Origin: Lytechinus pictus
Taxonomy: Eukaryota
NCBI RefSeq assembly: GCF_037042905.1
Contig: NC_087252.1
Location: forward strand, 11,348,001 to 11,412,000
DNA length: 64,000 nt
Direction: 5' to 3'
Below the pieces are notes generated by a model, which was given only the letters and a program-made list of their open reading frames with translations, had not been told where the DNA came from and did not search any database. Both the position numbers and the translations under genes were made by a program. This document shows positions 13,201-25,900 of this stretch, piece by piece. Numbering within the stretch: position 1 is the first letter of the stretch; each line of letters opens with the position of its first letter.

Positions 13201-16200
13201 CGCCGCTAATCGAAATCACCTTTTTATGTCTTGAAAATGAAGCAAATTGATCTTCATTAATCATTTCATAGATCTAGGGGTAAACATTGGTGCACAGAAA
13301 AGGGGGACGGGGTCTACGGTGCCCCGAAAGGTCGGGGTGCATTGCCGAAAATATCGCGCGAGCTGTTATGGCGTGCTATATATTATGTACGTGTATTCCA
13401 ACTATTCCACTTTGGTTTGGTAATAAATTCGCCGCTAATCGAAATCACCTTTTTATGTCTTGAAAATGAAGCAAATTGATCTTCATTAATCATTCCATCG
13501 ATCTAGGGGTGAACATTGGTGCACAGAAAAGGGGGACGGGGTCTAAGGTGCCCCGAAAGGTCGGGGTGCATTGCCGAAAATATCGCGCGAGCTGTTATGG
13601 CGTGCTATATATTATGTACGTGTATTCCAACTATTCCAGTTTGGTGGCCGGGGGCTGGTAATAAATTCGCCGCTAATCGAAATCACCTTTTTATGTCTTG
13701 AAAATCAGCGAAATTGATCTTTATTAGGCATCCCATCGATTTAGGGGTGAACATTGGTGCACAGAAAAGGGGGACGGGGTCTACGGTGCCCCGAAAGGTC
13801 GGGGTGCATTGCCGAAAATATCGCGCGAGCTGTTATGGCGTGCTATATATTATGTACGTGTATTCCAACTATTCCACTTTGGTGGCCGGGGGCTGGTAAT
13901 AAATTCGCCGCTAATCGAAATCACCTTTTTATGTCTTGAAAATAAGCGAAATTGATCTTTATTAGTCATTCCATCGATTTAGGGGTGAACATTGGTGCAC
14001 AGAAAAGGGGGACGGGGTCTACGATGCCCCGAAAGGTAGGGGGTGCATGGACGAAAATGCTATGTATTATATACGTGTATTCCAACAATTCCACTTTGGT
14101 TTGGTAATAAATTCGCCGCTAATCGAAATCACCTTTTTATGTCTTGAAAATGAAGCAAATTGATCTTCATTAATCATTCCATCGATCTAGGGGTGAACAT
14201 TGGTGCACAGAAAAGGGGGACGGGGTCTACGGTGCCCCGAAAGGTCGGGGTGCATTGCCGAAAATATCGCGCGAGCTGTTATGGCGTGCTATATATTATG
14301 TACGTGTATTCCAACTATTCCACTTTGGTTTGGTAATAAATTCGCCGCTAATCGAAATCACCTTTTTATGTCTTGAAAATGAAGCAAATTGATCTTCATT
14401 AATCATTCCATCGATCTAGGGGTGAACATTGGTGCACAGAAAAGGGGGACGGGGTCTACGGTGCCCCGAAAGGTCGGGGTGCATTGCCGAAAATATCGCG
14501 CGAGCTGTTATGGCGTGCTATATATTATGTACGTGTATTCCAACTATTCCAGTTTGGTGGCCGGGGGCTGGTAATAAATTCGCCGCTAATCGAAATCAAC
14601 TTTTTATGTCTTGAAAATCAGCGAAATTGATCTTTATTAGGCATCCCATCGATTTAGGGGTGAACATTGGTGCACAGAAAAGGGGGACGGGGTCTACGGT
14701 GCCCCGAAAGGTCGGGGTGCATTGCCGAAAATATCGCGCGAGCTGTTATGGCGTGCTATATATTATGTACGTGTATTCCAACTATTCCACTTTGGTGGCC
14801 GGGGGCTGGTAATAAATTCGCCGCTAATCGAAATCACCTTTTTATGTCTTGAAAATCAGCGAAGTTGATCTTTATTAGTCATTCTATCGATTTAGGGGTG
14901 AACATTGGTGCACAGAAAAGGGGGACGGGGTCTACGGTGCCCCGAAAGGTCGGGGTGCATTGCCGAAAATATCGCGCGAGCTGTTATGGCGTGCTATATA
15001 TTATGTACGTGTATTCCAACTATTCCACTTTGGTGGCCGGGGGCTGGTAATAAATTCGCCGCTAATCGAAATCACCTTTTTATGTCTTGAAAATAGGCGA
15101 AATTGATCTTTATTAGTCATTCCATCGATTTAGGGGTGAACATTGGTGCACAGAAAAGGGGGACGGGGTCTACGATGCCCCGAAAGGTAGGGGGTGCATG
15201 GACGAAAATGCTATGTATTATATACGTGTATTCCAACAATTCCACTTTGGTTTGGTAATAAATTCGCCGCTAATCGAAATCACCTTTTTATGTCTTGAAA
15301 ATGAAGCAAATTGATCTTCATTAATCATTCCATCGATCTAGGGGTGAACATTGGTGCACAAAAAAGGGGGACGGGGTCTACGGTGCCCCGAAAGGTCGGG
15401 GTGCATTGCCGAAAATATCGCGCGAGCTGTTATGGCGTGCTATATATTATGTACGTGTATTCCAACTATTCCACTTTGGTTTGGTAATAAATTCGCCGCT
15501 AATCGAAATCACCTTTTTATGTCTTGAAAATGAAGCAAATTGATCTTCATTAATCATTCCATCGATCTAGGGGTGAACATTGGTGCACAGAAAAGGGGGA
15601 CGGGGTCTACGGTGCCCCGAAAGGTCGGGGTGCATTGCCGAAAATATCGCGCGAGCTGTTATGGCGTGCTATATATTATATACGTGTATTCCAACTATTC
15701 CAGTTTGGTGGCCGGGGGCTGGTAATAAATTCGCCGCTAATCGAAATCACCTTTTTATGTCTTGAAAATCTGCGAAATTGATCTTTATTAGGCATCCCAT
15801 CGATTTAGGGGTGAACATTGGTGCACAGAAAAGGGGGACGGGGTCTACGGTGCCCCGAAAGGTCGGGGTGCATTGCCGAAAATATCGCGCGAGCTGTTAT
15901 GGCGTGCTATATATTATGTACGTGTATTCCAACTATTCCACTTTGGTGGCCGGGGGCTGGTAATAAATTCGCCGCTAATCGAAATCACCTTTTTATGTCT
16001 TGAAAATAAGCGAAATTGATCTTTATTAGTCATTCCATCGATTTAGGGGTGAACATTGGTGCACAGAAAAGGGGGACGGGGTCTACGATGCCCCGAAAGG
16101 TAGGTGGTGCATGGACGAAAATGCTATGTAATATATACGTGTATTCCAACAATTCCACTTTGGTTTGGTAATAAATTCGCCGCTAATCGAAATCACCTTT

Positions 16201-16452
16201 TTATGTCTTGAAAATGAAGCAAATTGATCTTCATTAATCATTCCATCGATCTAGGGGTGAACATTGGTGCACAGAAAAGGGGGACGGGGTCTACGGTGCC
16301 CCGAAAGGTCGGGGTGCATTGCCGAAAATATCGCGCGAGCTGTTATGGCGTGCTATATATTATGTACGTGTATTCCAACTATTCCACTTTGGTTTGGTAA
16401 TAAATTCGCCGCTAATCGAAATCACCTTTTTATGTCTTGAAAATGAAGCAAA
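7293..16452 (+). repeat. Alternating 4-mer/5-mer domain (9-monomer super-unit, 2,064 bp)
   Basis: Unit starts at 7293, 8206, 9357, 10261, 11412, 12325, 13476, 14389, 15540 and 16453 give steps of 913, 1151, 904, 1151, 913, 1151, 913, 1151, 913. The 904 unit has a 229-bp monomer in the A position. Confidence 0.9.
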
Positions 16453-16919
16453 TTGATCTTCATTAATCATTCCATCGATCTAGGGGTGAACATTGGTGCA
16501 CAGAAAAGGGGGACGGGGTCTACGGTGCCCCGAAAGGTCGGGGTGCATTGCCGAAAATATCGCGCGAGCTGTTATGGCGTGCTATATATTATGTACGTGT
16601 ATTCCAACTATTCCAGTTTGGTGGCCGGGGGCTGGTAATAAATTCGCCGCTAATCGAAATCAACTTTTTATGTCTTGAAAATCAGCGAAATTGATCTTTA
16701 TTAGGCATCCCATCGATTTAGGGGTGAACATTGGTGCACAGAAAAGGGGGACGGGGTCTACGGTGCCCCGAAAGGTCGGGGTGCATTGCCGAAAATATCG
16801 CGCGAGCTGTTATGGCGTGCTATATATTATGTACGTGTATTCCAACTATTCCACTTTGGTTTGGTAATAAATTCGCCGCTAATCGAAATCACCTTTTTAT
16901 GTCTTGAAAATGAAGCAAA

Positions 16920-19900
16920 TTGATCTTCATTAATCATTCCATCGATCTAGGGGTGAACATTGGTGCACAGAAAAGGGGGACGGGGTCTACGGTGCCCCGA
17001 AAGGTCGGGGTGCATTGCCGAAAATATCGCGCGAGCTGTTATGGCGTGCTATATATTATGTACGTGTATTCCAACTATTCCAGTTTGGTGGCCGGGGGCT
17101 GGTAATAAATTCGCCGCTAATCGAAATCACCTTTTTATGTCTTGAAAATCAGCGAAATTGATCTTTATTAGGCATCCCATCGATTTAGGGGTGAACATTG
17201 GTGCACAGAAAAGGGGGACGGGGTCTACGGTGCCCCGAAAGGTCGGGGTGCATTGCCGAAAATATCGCGCGAGCTGTTATGGCGTGCTATATATTATGTA
17301 CGTGTATTCCAACTATTCCACTTTTGTGGCCGGGGGCTGGTAATAAATTCGCCGCTAATCGAAATCACCTTTTTATGTCTTGAAAATAAGCGAAATTGAT
17401 CTTTATTAGTCATTCCATCGATTTAGGGGTGAACATTGGTGCACAGAAAAGGGGGACGGGGTCTACGATGCCCCGAAAGGTAGGGGGTGCATGGACGAAA
17501 ATGCTATGTATTATATACGTGTATTCCAACAATTCCACTTTGGTTTGGTAATAAATTCGCCGCTAATCGAAATCACCTTTTTATGTCTTGAAAATGAAGC
17601 AAATTGATCTTCATTAATCATTCCATCGATCTAGGGGTGAACATTGGTGCACAGAAAAGGGGGACGGGGTCTACGGTGCCCCGAAAGGTCGGGGTGCATT
17701 GCCGAAAATATCGCGCGAGCTGTTATGGCGTGCTATATATTATGTACGTGTATTCCAACTATTCCACTTTGGTTTGGTAATAAATTCGCCGCTAATCGAA
17801 ATCACCTTTTTATGTCTTGAAAATGAAGCAAATTGATCTTCATTAATCATTCCATCGATCTAGGGGTGAACATTGGTGCACAGAAAAGGGGGACGGGGTC
17901 TACGGTGCCCCGAAAGGTCGGGGTGCATTGCCGAAAATATCGCGCGAGCTGTTATGGCGTGCTATATATTATGTACGTGTATTCCAACTATTCCAGTTTG
18001 GTGGCCGGGGGCTGGTAATAAATTCGCCGCTAATCGAAATCAACTTTTTATGTCTTGAAAATCAGCGAAATTGATCTTTATTAGGCATCCCATCGATTTA
18101 GGGGTGAACATTGGTGCACAGAAAAGGGGGACGGGGTCTACGGTGCCCCGAAAGGTCGGGGTGCATTGCCGAAAATATCGCGCGAGCTGTTATGGCGTGC
18201 TATATATTATGTACGTGTATTCCAACTATTCCACTTTGGTGGCCGGGGGCTGGTAATAAATTCGCCGCTAATCGAAATCACCTTTTTATGTCTTGAAAAT
18301 AGGCGAAATTGATCTTTATTAGTCATTCCATCGATTTAGGGGTGAACATTGGTGCACAGAAAAGGGGGACGGGGTCTACGATGCCCCGAAAGGTAGGGGG
18401 TGCATGGACGAAAATGCTATGTATTATATACGTGTATTCCAACAATTCCACTTTGGTTTGGTAATAAATTCGCCGCTAATCGAAATCACCTTTTTATGTC
18501 TTGAAAATGAAGCAAATTGATCTTCATTAATCATTCCATCGATCTAGGGGTGAACATTGGTGCACAGAAAAGGGGGACGGGGTCTACGGTGCCCCGAAAG
18601 GTCGGGGTGCATTGCCGAAAATATCGCGCGAGCTGTTATGGCGTGCTATATATTATGTACGTGTATTCCAACTATTCCACTTTGGTTTGGTAATAAATTC
18701 GCCGCTAATCGAAATCACCTTTTTATGTCTTGAAAATGAAGCAAATTGATCTTCATTAATCATTCCATCGATCTAGGGGTGAACATTGGTGCACAGAAAA
18801 GGGGGACGGGGTCTACGGTGCCCCGAAAGGTCGGGGTGCATTGCCGAAAATATCGCGCGAGCTGTTATGGCGTGCTATATATTATGTACGTGTATTCCAA
18901 CTATTCCACTTTGGTGGCCGGGGGCTGGTAATAAATTCGCCGCTAATCGAAATCACCTTTTTATGTCTTGAAAATCAGCGAAATTGATCTTTATTAGGCA
19001 TCCCATCGATTTAGGGGTGAACATTGGTGCACAGAAAAGGGGGACGGGGTCTACGGTGCCCCGAAAGGTCGGGGTGCATTGCCGAAAATATCGCGCGAGC
19101 TGTTATGGCGTGCTATATATTATGTACGTGTATTCCAACTATTCCACTTTGGTGGCCGGGGGCTGGTAATAAATTCGCCGCTAATCGAAATCACCTTTTT
19201 ATGTCTTGAAAATAAGCGAAATTGATCTTTATTAGTCATTCCATCGATTTAGGGGTGAATATTGGTGCACAGAAAAGGGGGACGGGGTCTACGATGCCCC
19301 GAAAAGTAGGGGGTGCATGGACGAAAATGCTATGTATTATATACGTGTATTCCAACAATTCCACTTTGGTTTGGTAATAAATTCGCCGCTAATCGAAATC
19401 ACCTTTTTATGTCTTGAAAATGAAGCAAATTGATCTTCATTAATCATTCCATCGATCTAGGGGTGAACATTGGTGCACAGAAAAGGGGGACGGGGTCTAC
19501 GGTGCCCCGAAAGGTCGGGGTGCATTGCCGAAAATATCGCGCGAGCTGTTATGGCGTGCTATATATTATGTACGTGTATTCCAACTATTCCACTTTGGTT
19601 TGGTAATAAATTCGCCGCTAATCGAAATCACCTTTTTATGTCTTGAAAATGAAGCAAATTGATCTTCATTAATCATTCCATCGATTTGGGGGTGAACATT
19701 GGTGCACAGAAAAGGGGGACGGGGTCTACGGTGCCCCGAAAGGTCGGGGTGCATTGCCGAAAATATCGCGCGAGCTGTTATGGCGTGCTATATATTATGT
19801 ACGTGTATTCCAACTATTCCAGTTTGGTGGCCGGGGGCTGGTAATAAATTCGCCGCTAATCGAAATCACCTTTTTATGTCTTGAAAATCAGCGAAATTGA

Positions 19901-22900
19901 TCTTTATTAGGCATCCCATCGATTTAGGGGTGAACATTGGTGCACAGAAAAGGGGGACGGGGTCTACGGTGCCCCGAAAGGTCGGGGTGCATTGCCGAAA
20001 ATATCGCGCGAGCTGTTATGGCGTGCTATATATTATGTACGTGTATTCTAACTATTCCACTTTGGTGGCCGGGGGCTGGTAATAAATTCGCCGCTAATCG
20101 AAATCACCTTTTTATGTCTTGAAAATAAGCGAAATTGATCTTTATTAGTCATATCATCGATTTAGGGGTGAACATTGGTGCACAGAAAAGGGGGACGGGG
20201 TCTACGATGCCCCGAAAGGTAGGGGGTGCATGGACGAAAATGCTATGTATTATATACGTGTATTCCAACAATTCCACTTTGGTTTGGTAATAAATTCGCC
20301 GCTAATCGAAATCACCTTTTTATGTCTTGAAAATGAAGCAAATTGATTTTCATTAATCATTCCATCGATCTAGGGGTGAACATTGGTGCACAGAAAAGGG
20401 GGACGGGGTCTACGGTGCCCCGAAAGGTCGGGGTGCATTGCCGAAAATATCGCGCGAGCTGTTATGGCGTGCTATATATTATGTACGTGTATTCCAACTA
20501 TTCCACTTTGGTTTGGTAATAAATTCGCCGCTAATCGAAATCACCTTTTTATGTCTTGAAAATGAAGCAAATTGATCTTCATTAATCATTCCATCGATCT
20601 AGGGGTGAACATTGGTGCACAGAAAAGGGGGACGGGGTCTACGGTGCCCCGAAAGATCGGGGTGCATTGCCGAAAATATCGCGCGAGCTGTTATGGCGTG
20701 CTATATATTATGTACGTGTATTCCAACTATTCCAGTTTGGTGGCCGGGGGCTGGTAATAAATTCGCCGCTAATCGAAATCACCTTTTTATGTCTTGAAAA
20801 TCAGCGAAATTGATCTTTATTAGGCATCCCATCGATTTAGGGGTGAACATTGGTGCACAGAAAAGGGGGACGGGGTCTACGGTGCCCCGAAAGGTCGGGG
20901 TGCATTGCCGAAAATATCGCGCGAGCTGTTATGGCGTGCTATATATTATGTACGTGTATTCCAACTATTCCACTTTGGTGGCCGGGGGCCGCTGGTAATA
21001 AATTCGCCGCTAATCGAAATCACCTTTTTATGTCTTGAAAATAAGCGAAATTGATCTTTATTAGTCATTCCATCGATTTAGGGGTGAACATTGGTGCACA
21101 GAAAAGGGGGACGGGGTCTACGATGCCCCGAAAGGTAGGGGGTGCATGGACGAAAATGCTATGTATTATATACGTGTATTCCAACAATTCCACTTTGGTT
21201 TGGTAATAAATTCGCCGCTAATCGAAATCACCTTTTTATGTCTTGAAAATGAAGCAAATTGATCTTCATTAATCATTCCATCGATCTAGGGGTGAACATT
21301 GGTGCACAGAAAAGGGGGACGGGGTCTACGGTGCCCCGAAAGGTCGGGGTGCATTGCCGAAAATATCGCGCGAGCTGTTATGGCGTGCTATATATTATGT
21401 ACGTGTATTCCAACTATTCCACTTTGGTTTGGTAATAAATTCGCCGCTAATCGAAATCACCTTTTTATGTCTTGAAAATGAAGCAAATTGATCTTCATTA
21501 ATCATTCCATCGATCTAGGGGTGAACATTGGTGCACAGAAAAGGGGGACGGGGTCTACGGTGCCCCGAAAGGTCGGGGTGCATTGCCGAAAATATCGCGC
21601 GAGCTGTTATGGCGTGCTATATATTATGTACGTGTATTCCAACTATTCCAGTTTGGTGGCCGGGGGCTGGTAATAAATTCGCCGCTAATCGAAATCACCT
21701 TTTTATGTCTTGAAAATCAGCGAAATTGATCTTTATTAGGCATTTCATCGATTTAGGGGTGAACATTGGTGCACAGAAAAGGGGGACGGGGTCTACGGTG
21801 CCCCGAAAGGTCGGGGTGCATTGCCGAAAATATCGCGCGAGCTGTTATGGCGTGCTATATATTATGTACGTGTATTCCAACTATTCCACTTTGGTGGCCG
21901 GGGGCTGGTAATAAATTCGCCGCTAATCGAAATCACCTTTTTATGTCTTGAAAATAAGCGAAATTGATCTTTATTAGTCATTCCATCGATTTAGGGGTGA
22001 ACATTGGTGCACAGAAAAGGGGGACGGGGTCTACGATGCCCCGAAAGGTAGGGGGTGCATGGACGAAAATGCTATGTATTATATACGTGTATTCCAACAA
22101 TTCCACTTTGGTTTGGTAATAAATTCGCCGCTAATCGAAATCACCTTTTTATGTCTTGAAAATGAAGCAAATTGATCTTCATTAATCATTCCATCGATCT
22201 AGGGGTGAACATTGGTGCACAGAAAAGGGGGACGGGGTCTACGGTGCCCCGAAAGGTCGGGGTGCATTGCCGAAAATATCGCGCGAGCTGTTATGGCGTG
22301 CTATATATTATGTACGTGTATTCCAACTATTCCACTTTGGTTTGGTAATAAATTCGCCGCTAATCGAAATCACCTTTTTATGTCTTGAAAATGAAGCAAA
22401 TTGATCTTCATTAATCATTCCATCGATCTAGGGGTGAACATTGGTGCACAGAAAAGGGGGACGGGGTCTACGGTGCCCCGAAAGGTCGGGGTGCATTGCC
22501 GAAAATATCGCGCGAGCTGTTATGGCGTGCTATATATTATGTACGTGTATTCCAACTATTCCAGTTTGGTGGCCGGGGGCTGGTAATAAATTCGCCGCTA
22601 ATCGAAATCACCTTTTTATGTCTTGAAAATCAGCGAAATTGATCTTTATTAGGCATCCCATCGATTTAGGGGTGAACATTGGTGCACAGAAAAGGGGGAC
22701 GGGGTCTACGGTGCCCCGAAAGGTCGGGGTGCATTGCCGAAAATATCGCGCGAGCTGTTATGGCGTGCTATATATTATGTACGTGTATTCCAACTATTCC
22801 ACTTTGGTGGCCGGGGGCCGCTGGTAATAAATTCGCCGCTAATCGAAATCACCTTTTTATGTCTTGAAAATAAGCGAAATTGATCTTTATTAGTCATTCC

Positions 22901-25900
22901 ATCGATTTAGGGGTGAACATTGGTGCACAGAAAAGGGGGACGGGGTCTACGATGCCCCGAAAGGTAGGGGGTGCATGGACGAAAATGCTATGTATTATAT
23001 ACGTGTATTCCAACAATTCCACTTTGGTTTGGTAATAAATTCGCCGCTAATCGAAATCACCTTTTTATGTCTTGAAAATGAAGCAAATTGATCTTCATTA
23101 ATCATTCCATCGATCTAGGGGTGAACATTGGTGCACAGAAAAGGGGGACGGGGTCTACGGTGCCCCGAAAGGTCGGGGTGCATTGCCGAAAATATCGCGC
23201 GAGCTGTTATGGCGTGCTATATATTATGTACGTGTATTCCAACTATTCCACTTTGGTTTGGTAATAAATTCGCCGCTAATCGAAATCACCTTTTTATGTC
23301 TTGAAAATGAAGCAAATTGATCTTCATTAATCATTCCATCGATCTAGGGGTGAACATTGGTGCACAGAAAAGGGGGACGGGGTCTACGGTGCCCCGAAAG
23401 GTCGGGGTGCATTGCCGAAAATATCGCGCGAGCTGTTATGGCGTGCTATATATTATGTACGTGTATTCCAACTATTCCAGTTTGGTGGCCGGGGGCTGGT
23501 AATAAATTCGCCGCTAATCGAAATCACCTTTTTATGTCTTGAAAATCAGCGAAATTGATCTTTATTAGGCATCCCATCGATTTAGGGGTGAACATTGGTG
23601 CACAGAAAAGGGGGACGGGGTCTACGGTGCCCCGAAAGGTCGGGGTGCATTGCCGAAAATATCGCGCGAGCTGTTATGGCGTGCTATATATTATGTACGT
23701 GTATTCCAACTATTCCACTTTGGTGGCCGGGGGCTGGTAATAAATTCGCCGCTAATCGAAATCACCTTTTTATGTCTTGAAAATAAGCGAAATTGATCTT
23801 TATTAGTCATTCCATCGATTTAGGGGTGAACATTGGTGCACAGAAAAGGGGGACGGGGTCTACGATGCCCCGAAAGGTAGGGGGTGCATGGACGAAAATG
23901 CTATGTATTATATACGTGTATTCCAACAATTCCACTTTGGTTTGGTAATAAATTCGCGGCTAATCGAAATCACCTTTTTATGTCTTGAAAATGAAGCAAA
24001 TTGATCTTCATTAATCATTCCATCGATCTAGGGGTGAACATTGGTGCACAGAAAAGGGGGACGGGGTCTACGGTGCCCCGAAAGGTCGGGGTGCATTGCC
24101 GAAAATATCGCGCGAGCTGTTATGGCGTGCTATATATTATGTACGTGTATTCCAACTATTCCACTTTGGTTTGGTAATAAATTCGCCGCTAATCGAAATC
24201 ACCTTTTTATGTCTTGAAAATGAAGCAAATTGATCTTCATTAATCATTCCATCGATCTAGGGGTGAACATTGGTGCACAGAAAAGGGGGACGGGGTCTAC
24301 GGTGCCCCGAAAGGTCGGGGTGCATTGCCGAAAATATCGCGCGAGCTGTTATGGCGTGCTATATATTATGTACGTGTATTCCAACTATTCCAGTTTGGTG
24401 GCCGGGGGCTGGTAATAAATTCGCCGCTAATCGAAATCACCTTTTTATGTCTTGAAAATCAGCGAAATTGATCTTTATTAGGCATCCCATCGATATAGGG
24501 GTGAACATTGGTGCACAGAAAAGGGGGACGGGGTCTACGGTGCCCCGAAAGGTCGGGGTGCATTGCCGAAAATATCGCGCGAGCTGTTATGGCGTGCTAT
24601 ATATTATGTACGTGTATTCCAACTATTCCACTTTGGTGGCCGGGGGCTGGTAATAAATTCGCCGCTAATCGAAATCACCTTTTTATGTCTTGAAAATAAG
24701 CGAAATTGATCTTTATTAGTCATTCCATCGATTTAGGGGTGAACATTGGTGCACAGAAAAGAGGGACGGGGTCTACGATGCCCCGAAAGGTAGGGGGTGC
24801 ATGGACGAAAATGCTATGTATTATATACGTGTATTCTAACAATTCCACTTTGGTTTGGTAATAAATTCGCCGCTAATCGAAATCACCTTTTTATGTCTTG
24901 AAAATGAAGCAAATTGATCTTCATTAATCATTCCATCGATCTAGGGGTGAACATTGGTGCACAGAAAAGGGGGACGGGGTCTACGGTGCCCCGAAAGGTC
25001 GGGGTGCATTGCCGAAAATATCGCGCGAGCTGTTATGGCGTGCTATATATTATGTACGTGTATTCCAACTATTCCACTTTGGTTTGGTAATAAATTCGCC
25101 GCTAATCGAAATCACCTTTTTATGTCTTGAAAATGAAGCAAATTGATCTTCATTAATCATTCCATCGATCTAGGGGTGAACATTGGTGCACAGAAAAGGG
25201 GGACGGGGTCTACGGTGCCCCGAAAGGTCGGGGTGCATTGCCGAAAATATCGCGCGAGCTGTTATGGCGTGCTATATATTATGTACGTGTATTCCAACTA
25301 TTCCAGTTTGGTGGCCGGGGGCTGGTAATAAATTCGCCGCTAATCGAAATCACCTTTTTATGTCTTGAAAATCAGCGAAATTGATCTTTATTAGGCATCC
25401 CATCGATTTAGGGGTGAACATTGGTGCACAGAAAAGGGGGACGGGGTCTACGGTGCCCCGAAAGGTCGGGGTGCATTGCCGAAAATATCGCGCGAGCTGT
25501 TATGGCGTGCTATATATTATGTACGTGTATTCCAACTATTCCACTTTGGTGGCCGGGGGCTGGTAATAAATTCGCCGCTAATCGAAATCACCTTTTTATG
25601 TCTTGAAAATAAGCGAAATTGATCTTTATTAGTCATTCCATCGATTTAGGGGTGAACATTGGTGCACAGAAAAGGGGGACGGGGTCTACGATGCCCCGAA
25701 AGGTAGGGGGTGCATGGACGAAAATGCTATGTATTATATACGTGTATTCCAACAATTCCACTTTGGTTTGGTAATAAATTCGCCGCTAATCGAAATCACC
25801 TTTTTATGTCTTGAAAATGAAGCAAATTGATCTTCATTAATCATTCCATCGATCTAGGGGTGAACATTGGTGCACAGAAAAGGGGGACGGGGTCTACGGT

